NCBI GenBank assembly: GCA_041946805.1
Contig: JBHGBC010000082.1
Coordinates: 1 to 26,073, forward strand
DNA from: a bacterium
Lineage (GTDB): Bacteria; Hinthialibacterota; Hinthialibacteria; Hinthialibacterales; Hinthialibacteraceae
Reading direction: 5' to 3'
Length of the DNA stretch: 26,073 nucleotides
Part shown: one piece after another, positions 18,970 through 26,073 of the stretch
Layout: the number at the start of each line of letters is the position of its first letter
Numbering within the stretch: the first letter of the stretch is position 1
Made by a program: the position numbers and the translations under genes
The notes under the pieces: model-generated
Told to the model about the DNA's origin: nothing
The model's input: only the letters and a program-made list of their open reading frames with translations
Databases searched by the model: none

Positions 18970-20468
18970 TTTCCCGGCTTTTCACGATGCGGATCCTGAC
19001 GCAGAACCTGTTGGTGGTGCTGCCCGTGTTTCTGGCCACTTATCTCTTCATCGGCGGAAGCTGGTATCTTTCCGCGCGCGAAGAGATGCTCTGGTCCGCT
19101 CAAAACGAGCTCGCTTCGTTCGCCGTCGCGATCGCGGAATTCCTGGATCCCGCCCGGCCGCCCATATCCCGCCCCGAAGCCGCATCCGACTCCCCCGCCC
19201 TGCCTGCGGTGGAGAACCGTCTCCTCCGGATTTTTTCGTACGGCTATTTGCGGTACCTGGCGGTCTTTCCCAAGGAGGGAACGCAGGCGTGTTATGAACT
19301 GGGAGAAAAACCGGCCCGGCCCCCCGATCCGTTTCTGCGGAACAGCCTTACCCGGCTGCGCACGCTGGCGGCCGGATCTTCCATCCGGAAAGAATCCACC
19401 GATACGGTGGTCCTGAGCGCGTTGCAACCGGGCGCCCAGGAAAACGAACCGGATACCATGACCGTGCTCGCTCCGGTTTCTGACGGACGGCAAAATCTGG
19501 CGGCCATTGTATTTCTGGAAAAGGATGTATCCAGCCTCTCCCGCCAATCCGCCGGAATCCTCTCCCAGTTGCTCAAAATGGGGATTCTGGTGGTGATGGC
19601 CGGCGCCGCGGCCGCCGGATTGTTGTCCTACCTCGTTCACCGTCCCACCCAACGCCTCACCAGCGCGCTTTTGGCGTGCGTGGAAGGCCGGCGGGATTAC
19701 CTGGCCGAAGACGCCCCCATCCGCGAATTCCACGGCTTGAGCAACACATACAACACCATGGTCAGCGTCTTGAACGAAGCGGAAGGCCGAATCAACCAAA
19801 ACCTGGTCGCCTGCGAATATTTTTTCTCCAATACCGATCTGGCCTGCGCCTTCCGGGACGCGTTTTTGCGGCCGGTCGTCATGGAACGGGAATCGATCTC
19901 CGCGGTGGGCTGCATGTACGGAAATTGTTCGCGCGACTTCTTGGCCCTCGACGCGGGAAACGGCGTGACGTGGGGCGCGGTTTGCCGCTTGAGCGAACCG
20001 TCCGGCGAAACGTCGGACTGGGCGGCGGGCCACCACGGACCTCGGGACCATCTCCGGTACCCCCGGGATTGCGATATTCATTCGACTCTGTCCGCCGCCT
20101 GCTTCTCCACTCTCATCCGGGAGGAGCTCGATCGGGGCGATCCCCAGGGCGGCTTGGACAAAGTGACCGGACTTTTCGAGGTAAGTTCCTTTCATTACAT
20201 TCGGATTCACGAGGCGGCCGGCCGGTGTGAAACCTGGAGCTGGAACCCGGTCTCCCGGCGCCTGGAGCGGAACGAGGAATTCATGCCGCAAGGGGTGTCC
20301 ACCGTCCTGCATACCTTTACGGGAAAAGCCGCCGAGCGGATCGAAGTTTATACCCGGCTCTTCAGCGAATTACACCCCCAACAATTGCTCCAGGAACTGG
20401 TCCGTTCAATCGGCGATGATCTGAACGGCTCCCTGGTCATCATCCGTCTAAAGAAACCGGATTCGTGA
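18966..20468 (+). CDS. Membrane sensor: TM - extracytoplasmic domain - TM - HAMP - degenerate SpoIIE/PP2C-like domain
   Basis: TM1 LLVVLPVFLATYLFIGG; TVLAPVSDGRQNLAAIVFLEKD (Cache-like last strands); TM2 GILVVMAGAAAAGLLSYLV; HAMP RPTQRL..IREFHGLSNTYNTM; C-terminus PQQLLQELVRSIGDDLNGSLVIIRLK. Confidence 0.75.
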   Translation: MISRLFTMRILTQNLLVVLPVFLATYLFIGGSWYLSAREEMLWSAQNELASFAVAIAEFLDPARPPISRPEAASDSPALPAVENRLLRIFSYGYLRYLAVFPKEGTQACYELGEKPARPPDPFLRNSLTRLRTLAAGSSIRKESTDTVVLSALQPGAQENEPDTMTVLAPVSDGRQNLAAIVFLEKDVSSLSRQSAGILSQLLKMGILVVMAGAAAAGLLSYLVHRPTQRLTSALLACVEGRRDYLAEDAPIREFHGLSNTYNTMVSVLNEAEGRINQNLVACEYFFSNTDLACAFRDAFLRPVVMERESISAVGCMYGNCSRDFLALDAGNGVTWGAVCRLSEPSGETSDWAAGHHGPRDHLRYPRDCDIHSTLSAACFSTLIREELDRGDPQGGLDKVTGLFEVSSFHYIRIHEAAGRCETWSWNPVSRRLERNEEFMPQGVSTVLHTFTGKAAERIEVYTRLFSELHPQQLLQELVRSIGDDLNGSLVIIRLKKPDS

Positions 20469-20485
20469 GGATTCGTTTCCCCGGT

Positions 20486-20908
20486 TCAGGGGATGGCCCC
20501 CAATTGGCGCAGCAGGCTGAAAACATCCGGCACGGCCCAGCTCTCGGCCACCTGGCCGCTTTCGGTGAAGCGCCAGATATCCACACCCAGGTAACGGACG
20601 TAGCGGCCGGTCTGGGGAATCCCCAGGTACTCCCCGGAATGGGTCCCCACGGATTCCCAGTAACACCAGACCTTGTCCCCTTCCCCTGATAGATCCAGGA
20701 TGTTCATCCGGCCGTCGGGAAAGGCGTTCTGCCACCGGACAACCATTTCGGCGAAACCGGACCGGCTTACCGGTTCGGTCAGGGGCGAAACGTGAAAATG
20801 ATAATCCTCGGTGAAGCAGGACTCGATGGTCCGGGCCGACCGTTCCCGGTCATGCCACACCCCGTCAAACAGCGCCTGAAATGCCGCCCGGTTATCCTCG
20901 GCTTCCAT
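20486..20908 (-). CDS. SnoaL-like ester cyclase / NTF2-fold protein
   Basis: AFPDGRMNILDLSGEGDKV, GTHSGEYLGIPQTGR, DIWRF..GQVAESW...D..LLRQLG; start ATG 20908 with GGAG RBS. Confidence 0.9.
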   Translation of the reverse strand: MEAEDNRAAFQALFDGVWHDRERSARTIESCFTEDYHFHVSPLTEPVSRSGFAEMVVRWQNAFPDGRMNILDLSGEGDKVWCYWESVGTHSGEYLGIPQTGRYVRYLGVDIWRFTESGQVAESWAVPDVFSLLRQLGAIP

Positions 20909-20922
20909 GCTTGTTTCTCCGT

Positions 20923-22095
20923 CTAGCCAGTGGGCAGAACGCCGGGACCGGGAATCTGCTGGCTCTGAAGGAGCGCGCGGTGGTCGTCGATATACTGCCC
21001 GGCGTTGCCGTACTCCATCTTTTTCACTTCGAACGTGGGAATGGCGGGGCTGCCGTATTGCAGGAAATCGTTGGGATACCCCCATTGGACGATGGGTGAA
21101 GCCAGCGCGGGCAGGCTGGCCTCATCCAGCCGTTGCACCTGCTCCGGCGTCAGGGTGAACTCCAGGCAGCCCAAATCCTCCCGCATTTGTTGGAGCGTCC
21201 GGGCGCTGAACACCGGAATGGTCACCCCGGGCTTTTGCCGCAGCCAGTTGAGCGCGGCCTGAACGGTGGGCCGGCCGATTTCATCCGCGATCCGGTTCAC
21301 CTTTTCCATGATGGCCCGGTTCCGCTGTTCCACGGCCAGGAAGAAATGCTTCTTGGCCGGGTCTAGAATGTCTTGCAGCCGGTGAGGTTGGCCTGGATCC
21401 AACGCTCCCCGGCTGTATTTTCCCGTGGCCATTCCCCCGGACAGGGCCGACCAACACAGAACAGCGATGTCCAGGTGAAGCGACATGGGAATCTGGTCCC
21501 GTTCGGCGGTGCGCTCCACGAGGTTGTATTCAATCTGATTGGCGGTGAATTCCGTCCATCCCCGGAAATGGGCCACGGTGTTGGCCCGCGCGATCGCCCA
21601 GGCGGGCCAGTTGGAGCAGCCGATGTAGCGGACCTTGCCGGCCCGCGCCAGGTCATCCAAGGCGCGCATGACCTCCTCGGCGGGCGTGAGGGGATCCCAG
21701 ATATGCACATACAGCAGGTCGATGGAATCGGTTTTCAACCGCCGCAAACTGCCCTCCACCGACCGGACCAGGTTCTTCCGGTGACTGCCGCTGCCGTTGG
21801 GATTGTCCAAATTGGAATACAAGTCATAGAGAGTGAATTTGGATCCCACCACGAAATAATCCCGGTCCGAGGCGATACATTCGCCCACCAGCTCTTCCGA
21901 TTGCCCCTCCTGGTAGCGGTTGGAGGTGTCCACGAAGTTCCCCCCGGCTTCGGCGAAGGCGTCGAAGATCCGGAAACTCTCTTCCCGGTCCGATCCGATC
22001 GGCCCCCAGTTGGTCCCGAACGTGCCCGCCCCCAGGCACAGTTCGGATACCCGCAGCCCGCTTTTCCCCAATAGTTTATACCGCATTTGAGGCAT
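20923..22095 (-). CDS. Aldo/keto reductase (aryl-alcohol dehydrogenase-like)
   Basis: LGKSGLRVSELCLG, GGNFVDTSNRY, GSKF, SLRRLKTDSIDLLYVH, GKVRYIGCSN, QIEYNL; D/Y/K/H tetrad present; GGAGGTG RBS. Confidence 0.93.
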   Translation of the reverse strand: MPQMRYKLLGKSGLRVSELCLGAGTFGTNWGPIGSDREESFRIFDAFAEAGGNFVDTSNRYQEGQSEELVGECIASDRDYFVVGSKFTLYDLYSNLDNPNGSGSHRKNLVRSVEGSLRRLKTDSIDLLYVHIWDPLTPAEEVMRALDDLARAGKVRYIGCSNWPAWAIARANTVAHFRGWTEFTANQIEYNLVERTAERDQIPMSLHLDIAVLCWSALSGGMATGKYSRGALDPGQPHRLQDILDPAKKHFFLAVEQRNRAIMEKVNRIADEIGRPTVQAALNWLRQKPGVTIPVFSARTLQQMREDLGCLEFTLTPEQVQRLDEASLPALASPIVQWGYPNDFLQYGSPAIPTFEVKKMEYGNAGQYIDDHRALLQSQQIPGPGVLPTG

Positions 22096-22162
22096 GGTGA
22101 TTCACCTCCAGGTGATCATTTCCGTCTTTCTGATAACCAAGTTTGGCCTTGATATCTCAATT

Positions 22163-22245
22163 CCCTCTCCCTCTGGGAGAGGGTTAGGGTGAGGGAAAGC
22201 CTTTAACCATGTCCAGCACCCCGGCCTTCTCCCAAAGGGCGAGAA
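22163..22245. repeat. Pair of REP-like palindromes in opposite orientation (copy 2 plus a degenerate partner)
   Basis: CCCTCTCCCTCTGGGAGAGGGTTAGGGTGAGGG (22163-22195) and CACCCCGGCCTTCTCCCAAAGGGCGAGAA (22217-22245). Confidence 0.75.
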
Positions 22246-22383
22246 TAGGAGTGCATTCCATCTCTACATTCCCGGGGCGTCGCTCCTGGGCTAGCTTCTT
22301 ACGCGCATTTGACGCTTGAAAACAGCCCATTTAGTACTCTACATAATGACACCGGGCGGGCGTGGCCCATCTCTGCCGGCTGG

Positions 22384-23217
22384 TCAGAACGTATACCGGA
22401 TACCGAACTCACCCGCGTGGACATCGACGTTGGCTTGGTTGGGATAGCCTTGAAATACCACCTCGACCTTATCCGACGTGAAATACCGGTAACCCGCGAA
22501 GAGCTCCAGATGGTCCATCAGCTGGTAGTTGAAACCCAGTTTGAACTGCATCGCGCCGACAAAACTGGTGTCTTGGTTCATCGGGACTGTCTCTTGCCCG
22601 TAATAGGGATTGGCCGAGCCGTCGGGGAACGCCGGCGTGTTGTAGAGATAATTGAGCGTGGGAGTCTGGAAATCATCCAGAATCACTTGGGAACTGCCCA
22701 CCCCGAATCCCACGTACGGATGGAATTTCGATTCTCCGATGTTGAAATCGAACAGGACATTGAACATGAACGCGTTGATGTCGAACGAGGAATCCAGCGT
22801 GTCTTCATAGGCGGGAACGGGAAGGCCCTTGAGGAAAATTTCATCCCCCTCGTTGTGATACCGCGAATATTCGAACTCGAAACGCAACGTGCCGATGGAA
22901 TACGGCGGCAGTTTGTATCCCAGGGCGGCGCTCCCCACGATGCCGGGCGCGAATTCCAACACGCCGTCCTTGTCGTCGGTTTTCGCCCGGAATTCCGGCC
23001 CCACGCTGAGGCTCATATAAATCCCCTGGTACCATTCATCGTATCCATAACCACTCTGGCTTTCGCCTTCCGCGGATGCCAAAACATCCGCCGTGGAAAT
23101 CAATACATCTTCCGCGGACACCCCCCCTCCCAGGAAAAATAACAGCGCCAAAACCGCGAGGGTGATCCCCGCCGGCCCTTGGAACCTCTTCCCTGTTACT
23201 GCGTTGGCTTTTATCAT
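22384..23217 (-). CDS. Outer-membrane beta-barrel protein (OmpA-TM/opacity/Msp2-like, probably 8-stranded)
   Basis: Signal peptide ITLAVLALLFFLGGGVSA; GSAALGY, LRFEFEYS, FMFNVLFDF, FHPYVGFGVG, QFKLGFNYQL, LFAGYRY, C-terminal GIRYTF. Start at ATG 23217 with GGAGG RBS. Confidence 0.88.
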   Translation of the reverse strand: MIKANAVTGKRFQGPAGITLAVLALLFFLGGGVSAEDVLISTADVLASAEGESQSGYGYDEWYQGIYMSLSVGPEFRAKTDDKDGVLEFAPGIVGSAALGYKLPPYSIGTLRFEFEYSRYHNEGDEIFLKGLPVPAYEDTLDSSFDINAFMFNVLFDFNIGESKFHPYVGFGVGSSQVILDDFQTPTLNYLYNTPAFPDGSANPYYGQETVPMNQDTSFVGAMQFKLGFNYQLMDHLELFAGYRYFTSDKVEVVFQGYPNQANVDVHAGEFGIRYTF

Positions 23218-23352
23218 GGTTGATTCCTCCCTGTTGAGTTCATGTCTGGCCAATTGAACGGGCGAATCCCTGGCCTCCGGCCGGGAAGCGCCCGGATGGT
23301 CTACTTCAGCGAAAAAAGATCCGGCACGGCTTCCGGCACGGTTTTCGCAATC

Positions 23353-24894
23353 CTACAGGTCTTGCCGGATCATCTCCACCGCTTTTTCGCCGATCATGTA
23401 CGCGGCGGCGCAGGTATTGGCGCTGACATCCGCGGGCATGATCGACGCGTCCGCCACCCGCAATCCATCCACGCCATGCACCCGCAGCCGGGGATCCACC
23501 ACCGCTTGGGCGTCGAGGCCCATCTTGCAGGTTCCCACCGGATGCCAAATGGTCCAAATGTCGTTCCGGATATAGTCCCGCAGTTCCCGTTCCGTCTTGC
23601 GGGCGCCGGGCAACGCTTCCCCGCCCTGAAAATCACGGAAGGCTTTCGCGTGGATCAGTTCCCGGCAAATTTCAATGCCCCGCATCTGCACTCGGATATC
23701 CGCCTCGCATTGCAGAAAATTCCCGCGGATCACCGGCGGATCCTGCGGCCGGTTGGACCGCAGCGTGACGCTTCCCCGGCTCTGCGGCCGGACCAGGATG
23801 CTCATGAAAGTCACGCCGGGGCCTCGGCCGGGATAATCCGGCGGCAGGGTCACCGGATTCGTGGCGTTGAAATTGATTTGCAGGTCCGGCGCGGCGGCCG
23901 GCAATCCCTCCCGGGTGTGGACCAGCACACCGGCCTCGGCCAGAAACAGCGGCACGGGTTGTTCCTTCACGCAATCAAAATGGAGCGGCAGACGCAGATG
24001 GTCCTGGAGGTTCTGCCCCACTCCCGGCAAGTCCACCACGGGCGGGATCCCCATCGCCCGCAAGTGCGCGGCCGGACCGATGCCGGACAGCATCAACAGT
24101 TTTGGGGATTCGAAGGTCCCCGCGGCGAGAATCACTTCCCTCGCCACCGCCGCTTCCTGGCTGGAGCCATCCTTCCAATATTCCACCGCCTTGACGCGGC
24201 CGTTGTCCATCACCAGGCGCGCGGCTTGCGCGAAGGTTTCCACTTTCAGGTTGGAACGGCCCAAAACCGGGGTGAGAAAGGCCGAGGCTCCGCTGCTCCG
24301 TTTTCCGTCCCGGGTGAGGTTGAATTGATAGATCCCCGCGCTGTCCGCCGTATCGCCCGTGTTGAAATCCCAATCCCGCCCGCCGCGGAATCCAAGTTCC
24401 ACTCCGGCGTCCACGATCGCCAGGGCCGCGGGCGAAGGCGTGGCGTAATCGCACACGGACAGCGGCCCACCCGCGCCGTGATATTCCGAAGCCCCGCCCT
24501 CGTAATCCTCTGATTTTTTGAAGAAGGGCAGAACCTCGTCAAAGCTCCACCCCTCATTGCCACGATAATTCCAATGGTCGTAGTCCAGCCGGTGGCCCCG
24601 GATGTAGATCATGGCGTGGATCGCGCTGCCCCCGCCCAGCACCTTGCCCCGGTTCAGGGGCAGCCGCCGGCCTCCCAGGTATGTCTCCTCCTCCGAAGCG
24701 TAATTCCAATCCACCTCCGATCCCCACAGCGACAGGACGGCGGCGGGATTGTGGATTTCCGGCCGCTGGTCGGGCCCCCCCGCCTCCAGCAGCAGCACCG
24801 AAACGGAGTGGTCTTCCGTGAGCCGGTGGGCGGCCACACAACCGGACGGGCTGCCCCCGATGATGATGTAATCGTACGTTTTGGATTGGGTCAT
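23353..24894 (-). CDS. GMC (glucose-methanol-choline) oxidoreductase
   Basis: YDYIIIGGSPSGC, VLLLEAGG, RGKVLGGGSAIHAMIYIRG, EVILAAG..SPKLLMLSGIG, GVGQNLQDH, WHPVGTCKMG, GLRVADASIMP, ANT. Confidence 0.95.
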   Translation of the reverse strand: MTQSKTYDYIIIGGSPSGCVAAHRLTEDHSVSVLLLEAGGPDQRPEIHNPAAVLSLWGSEVDWNYASEEETYLGGRRLPLNRGKVLGGGSAIHAMIYIRGHRLDYDHWNYRGNEGWSFDEVLPFFKKSEDYEGGASEYHGAGGPLSVCDYATPSPAALAIVDAGVELGFRGGRDWDFNTGDTADSAGIYQFNLTRDGKRSSGASAFLTPVLGRSNLKVETFAQAARLVMDNGRVKAVEYWKDGSSQEAAVAREVILAAGTFESPKLLMLSGIGPAAHLRAMGIPPVVDLPGVGQNLQDHLRLPLHFDCVKEQPVPLFLAEAGVLVHTREGLPAAAPDLQINFNATNPVTLPPDYPGRGPGVTFMSILVRPQSRGSVTLRSNRPQDPPVIRGNFLQCEADIRVQMRGIEICRELIHAKAFRDFQGGEALPGARKTERELRDYIRNDIWTIWHPVGTCKMGLDAQAVVDPRLRVHGVDGLRVADASIMPADVSANTCAAAYMIGEKAVEMIRQDL

Positions 24895-24927
24895 GGTTTC
24901 CCCTCCTGGTCCCTGGGCAAGCCGCCC

Positions 24928-25356
24928 TCAGCGCAGCGGTTGCGGATTGTCCTCTTCGGTGAATCCTTGCGTGATTTCCAGTATGTTTCCCTCGGGATCC
25001 GCGATCCACACGGTTTTCCATCCCGGGATACAATCGTCAAAACTCAAGGGCCCCAGGGTGACGCGGGCCTCTTCGCCCATCTCCGCCAATTTCTTCTCCA
25101 CGTCCGGAACCGTGAACGCCAAATGCCGCCAGCCGGGATAGGCGGGGCCGTCTTGTCCGGCCGGCGGGACCGGCCGTTCCCCCTGCGCCTGGAAGATTTC
25201 CAATACGAGAGAGCCCGACCTCGTGAACACGATCTGCCCGTCTCCCAGGGGAATCACCCGGACACGCCGGAATCCGAAATGTTTTGTATAGAAGCGCTCG
25301 GTTGCCAAGGGATCCTGGCAGGTCAAGCCCACGTGCGCGAAAGTGATGTCCGTCAT
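24928..25356 (-). CDS. VOC / glyoxalase family protein
   Basis: FAHVGLTC..ERFYTKHFGF, LEIF, RHLAFTVPDV, WIADPEGNILEI; H/E/H/E metal ligands present. Confidence 0.92.
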   Translation of the reverse strand: MTDITFAHVGLTCQDPLATERFYTKHFGFRRVRVIPLGDGQIVFTRSGSLVLEIFQAQGERPVPPAGQDGPAYPGWRHLAFTVPDVEKKLAEMGEEARVTLGPLSFDDCIPGWKTVWIADPEGNILEITQGFTEEDNPQPLR

Positions 25357-25946
25357 GGTTTGGATCTCCTGTTTTTTTTCTGGGCTGCCAGAATTTCAAG
25401 GAGGGCGCGCGCGAAAACGTGGCAGTGGCCTCCCGAACGCGCTGTCACCAGATCGCCGTCCACCACCACGTCCTGGTCCGTGTAAATCGCCCCGTAGGCT
25501 TTCGCGTCGCCGATCAGATTGTTATGGACCACCAGACGCCGTCCCTTGACCAAGCCGGGGATGGGCGCGGCCAGCCACAAGCCATGGCAGATGATGCCTT
25601 TCACGATGCCCTTCTCCCGCATCGCCCGCCGCAGAAATTCCGTGGCGGGCGGGACCTTGGCCGGATCCTCGGTGTACCGCAGCCGGTCGGAGACCATGCC
25701 GGAGGGTACAATGATTGCCGCGTAACTCCGCAACGCCGCGTCGCTCATCTCCTCGAAGCTCTCCTGGCATTCGAAGGGAATGTGATACTCGTGTCCCTTG
25801 AAGATCAACGAGGGCTGTCCCCACAAGCGGGTCAGGAAGTGGACTTCCATCTCCTCTTCCGCGAACCGGTGCTGGTAATACCAGATCTCCGGTTCATAGA
25901 AGTCGCTTTCGATCAATATGCCGATCTTTTTCCCCTTTAATTTCAT
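25353..25946 (-). CDS. DJ-1/PfpI (ThiJ) family protein
   Basis: KKIGILIESDFYEPEI, AAIIVPSG, GIICHG (Cys-His), VVVDGDLVTAR; start ATG 25946 with GAGGTG RBS; ATGA overlap with the VOC gene. Confidence 0.92.
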   Translation of the reverse strand: MKLKGKKIGILIESDFYEPEIWYYQHRFAEEEMEVHFLTRLWGQPSLIFKGHEYHIPFECQESFEEMSDAALRSYAAIIVPSGMVSDRLRYTEDPAKVPPATEFLRRAMREKGIVKGIICHGLWLAAPIPGLVKGRRLVVHNNLIGDAKAYGAIYTDQDVVVDGDLVTARSGGHCHVFARALLEILAAQKKNRRSKP

Positions 25947-25985
25947 GGAGCACCTCATTGTGGGAACAATGGAATCAAGCCAGCC

Positions 25986-26011
25986 GGGCGGACACCGAGG
26001 TCCGCCCCTAC
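25986..26011 (-). repeat. GTAG-type REP sequence
   Basis: Minus strand reads GTAG-GGGCGGAC-CTCGGT-GTCCGCCC: GTAG tetranucleotide followed by a perfect 8-bp stem. Confidence 0.7.
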
Positions 26012-26017
26012 AAATAT

Positions 26018-26073
26018 CCCTCACCCCCGGCCTCCCTCACCCCCGGCCCCTCTCCCATAAAGGGAGAGGGGAG
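26018..26073 (+). repeat. REP-like palindrome copy 3 with tandemly duplicated 5' arm
   Basis: CCCTCACCCCCGGCC occurs twice (26018 and 26034), then CCCCTCTCCC-ATAAA-GGGAGAGGGG; runs to the window edge. Confidence 0.75.

Noticed and set aside
23353..24894. Calling the GMC gene betA (choline dehydrogenase)
   Set aside because: No betB/betI/betT context; the substrate cannot be assigned.
1..26073. CRISPR array, tRNA/rRNA, transposase/integrase, known riboswitch or ops/JUMPstart element
   Set aside because: No regularly spaced repeats or recognisable consensus seen by eye; a covariance-model scan was not possible.

Overview
GC-rich window from a diderm bacterium (an outer-membrane beta-barrel gene is present) with four modules. 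(1) 1-7109: about 2.3 kb without a credible ORF, carrying a putative sigma70 promoter with a GacA/RcsB-like palindrome. It is followed by a compact polysaccharide mini-cluster: a priming phosphoglycosyl transferase fused to a degenerate GGDEF domain that keeps the RxxD c-di-GMP inhibitory site (I-site), a Wzx-like flippase, and a tandem alpha/beta-hydrolase fusion. (2) 7275-12334, minus strand: secreted GH2 and GH36 glycosidases. (3) 12988-20468, plus strand: four genes with overlapping stop/start codons, encoding an NTT/TLC-type MFS transporter with HEAT repeats and a cNMP domain, a membrane sensor (beta-propeller inserted in a Cache-like domain, HAMP, degenerate SpoIIE/PP2C-like domain), a stand-alone degenerate cNMP protein, and a second HAMP plus degenerate PP2C-like sensor. 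This is the best candidate for an undescribed signalling system. (4) 20486-25946, minus strand and convergent with module 3: DJ-1/PfpI, VOC, GMC oxidoreductase, outer-membrane beta-barrel, aldo-keto reductase and SnoaL-like protein. REP-like palindromes lie in the intergenic regions. All family calls come from motif recognition by eye; no searches were run.
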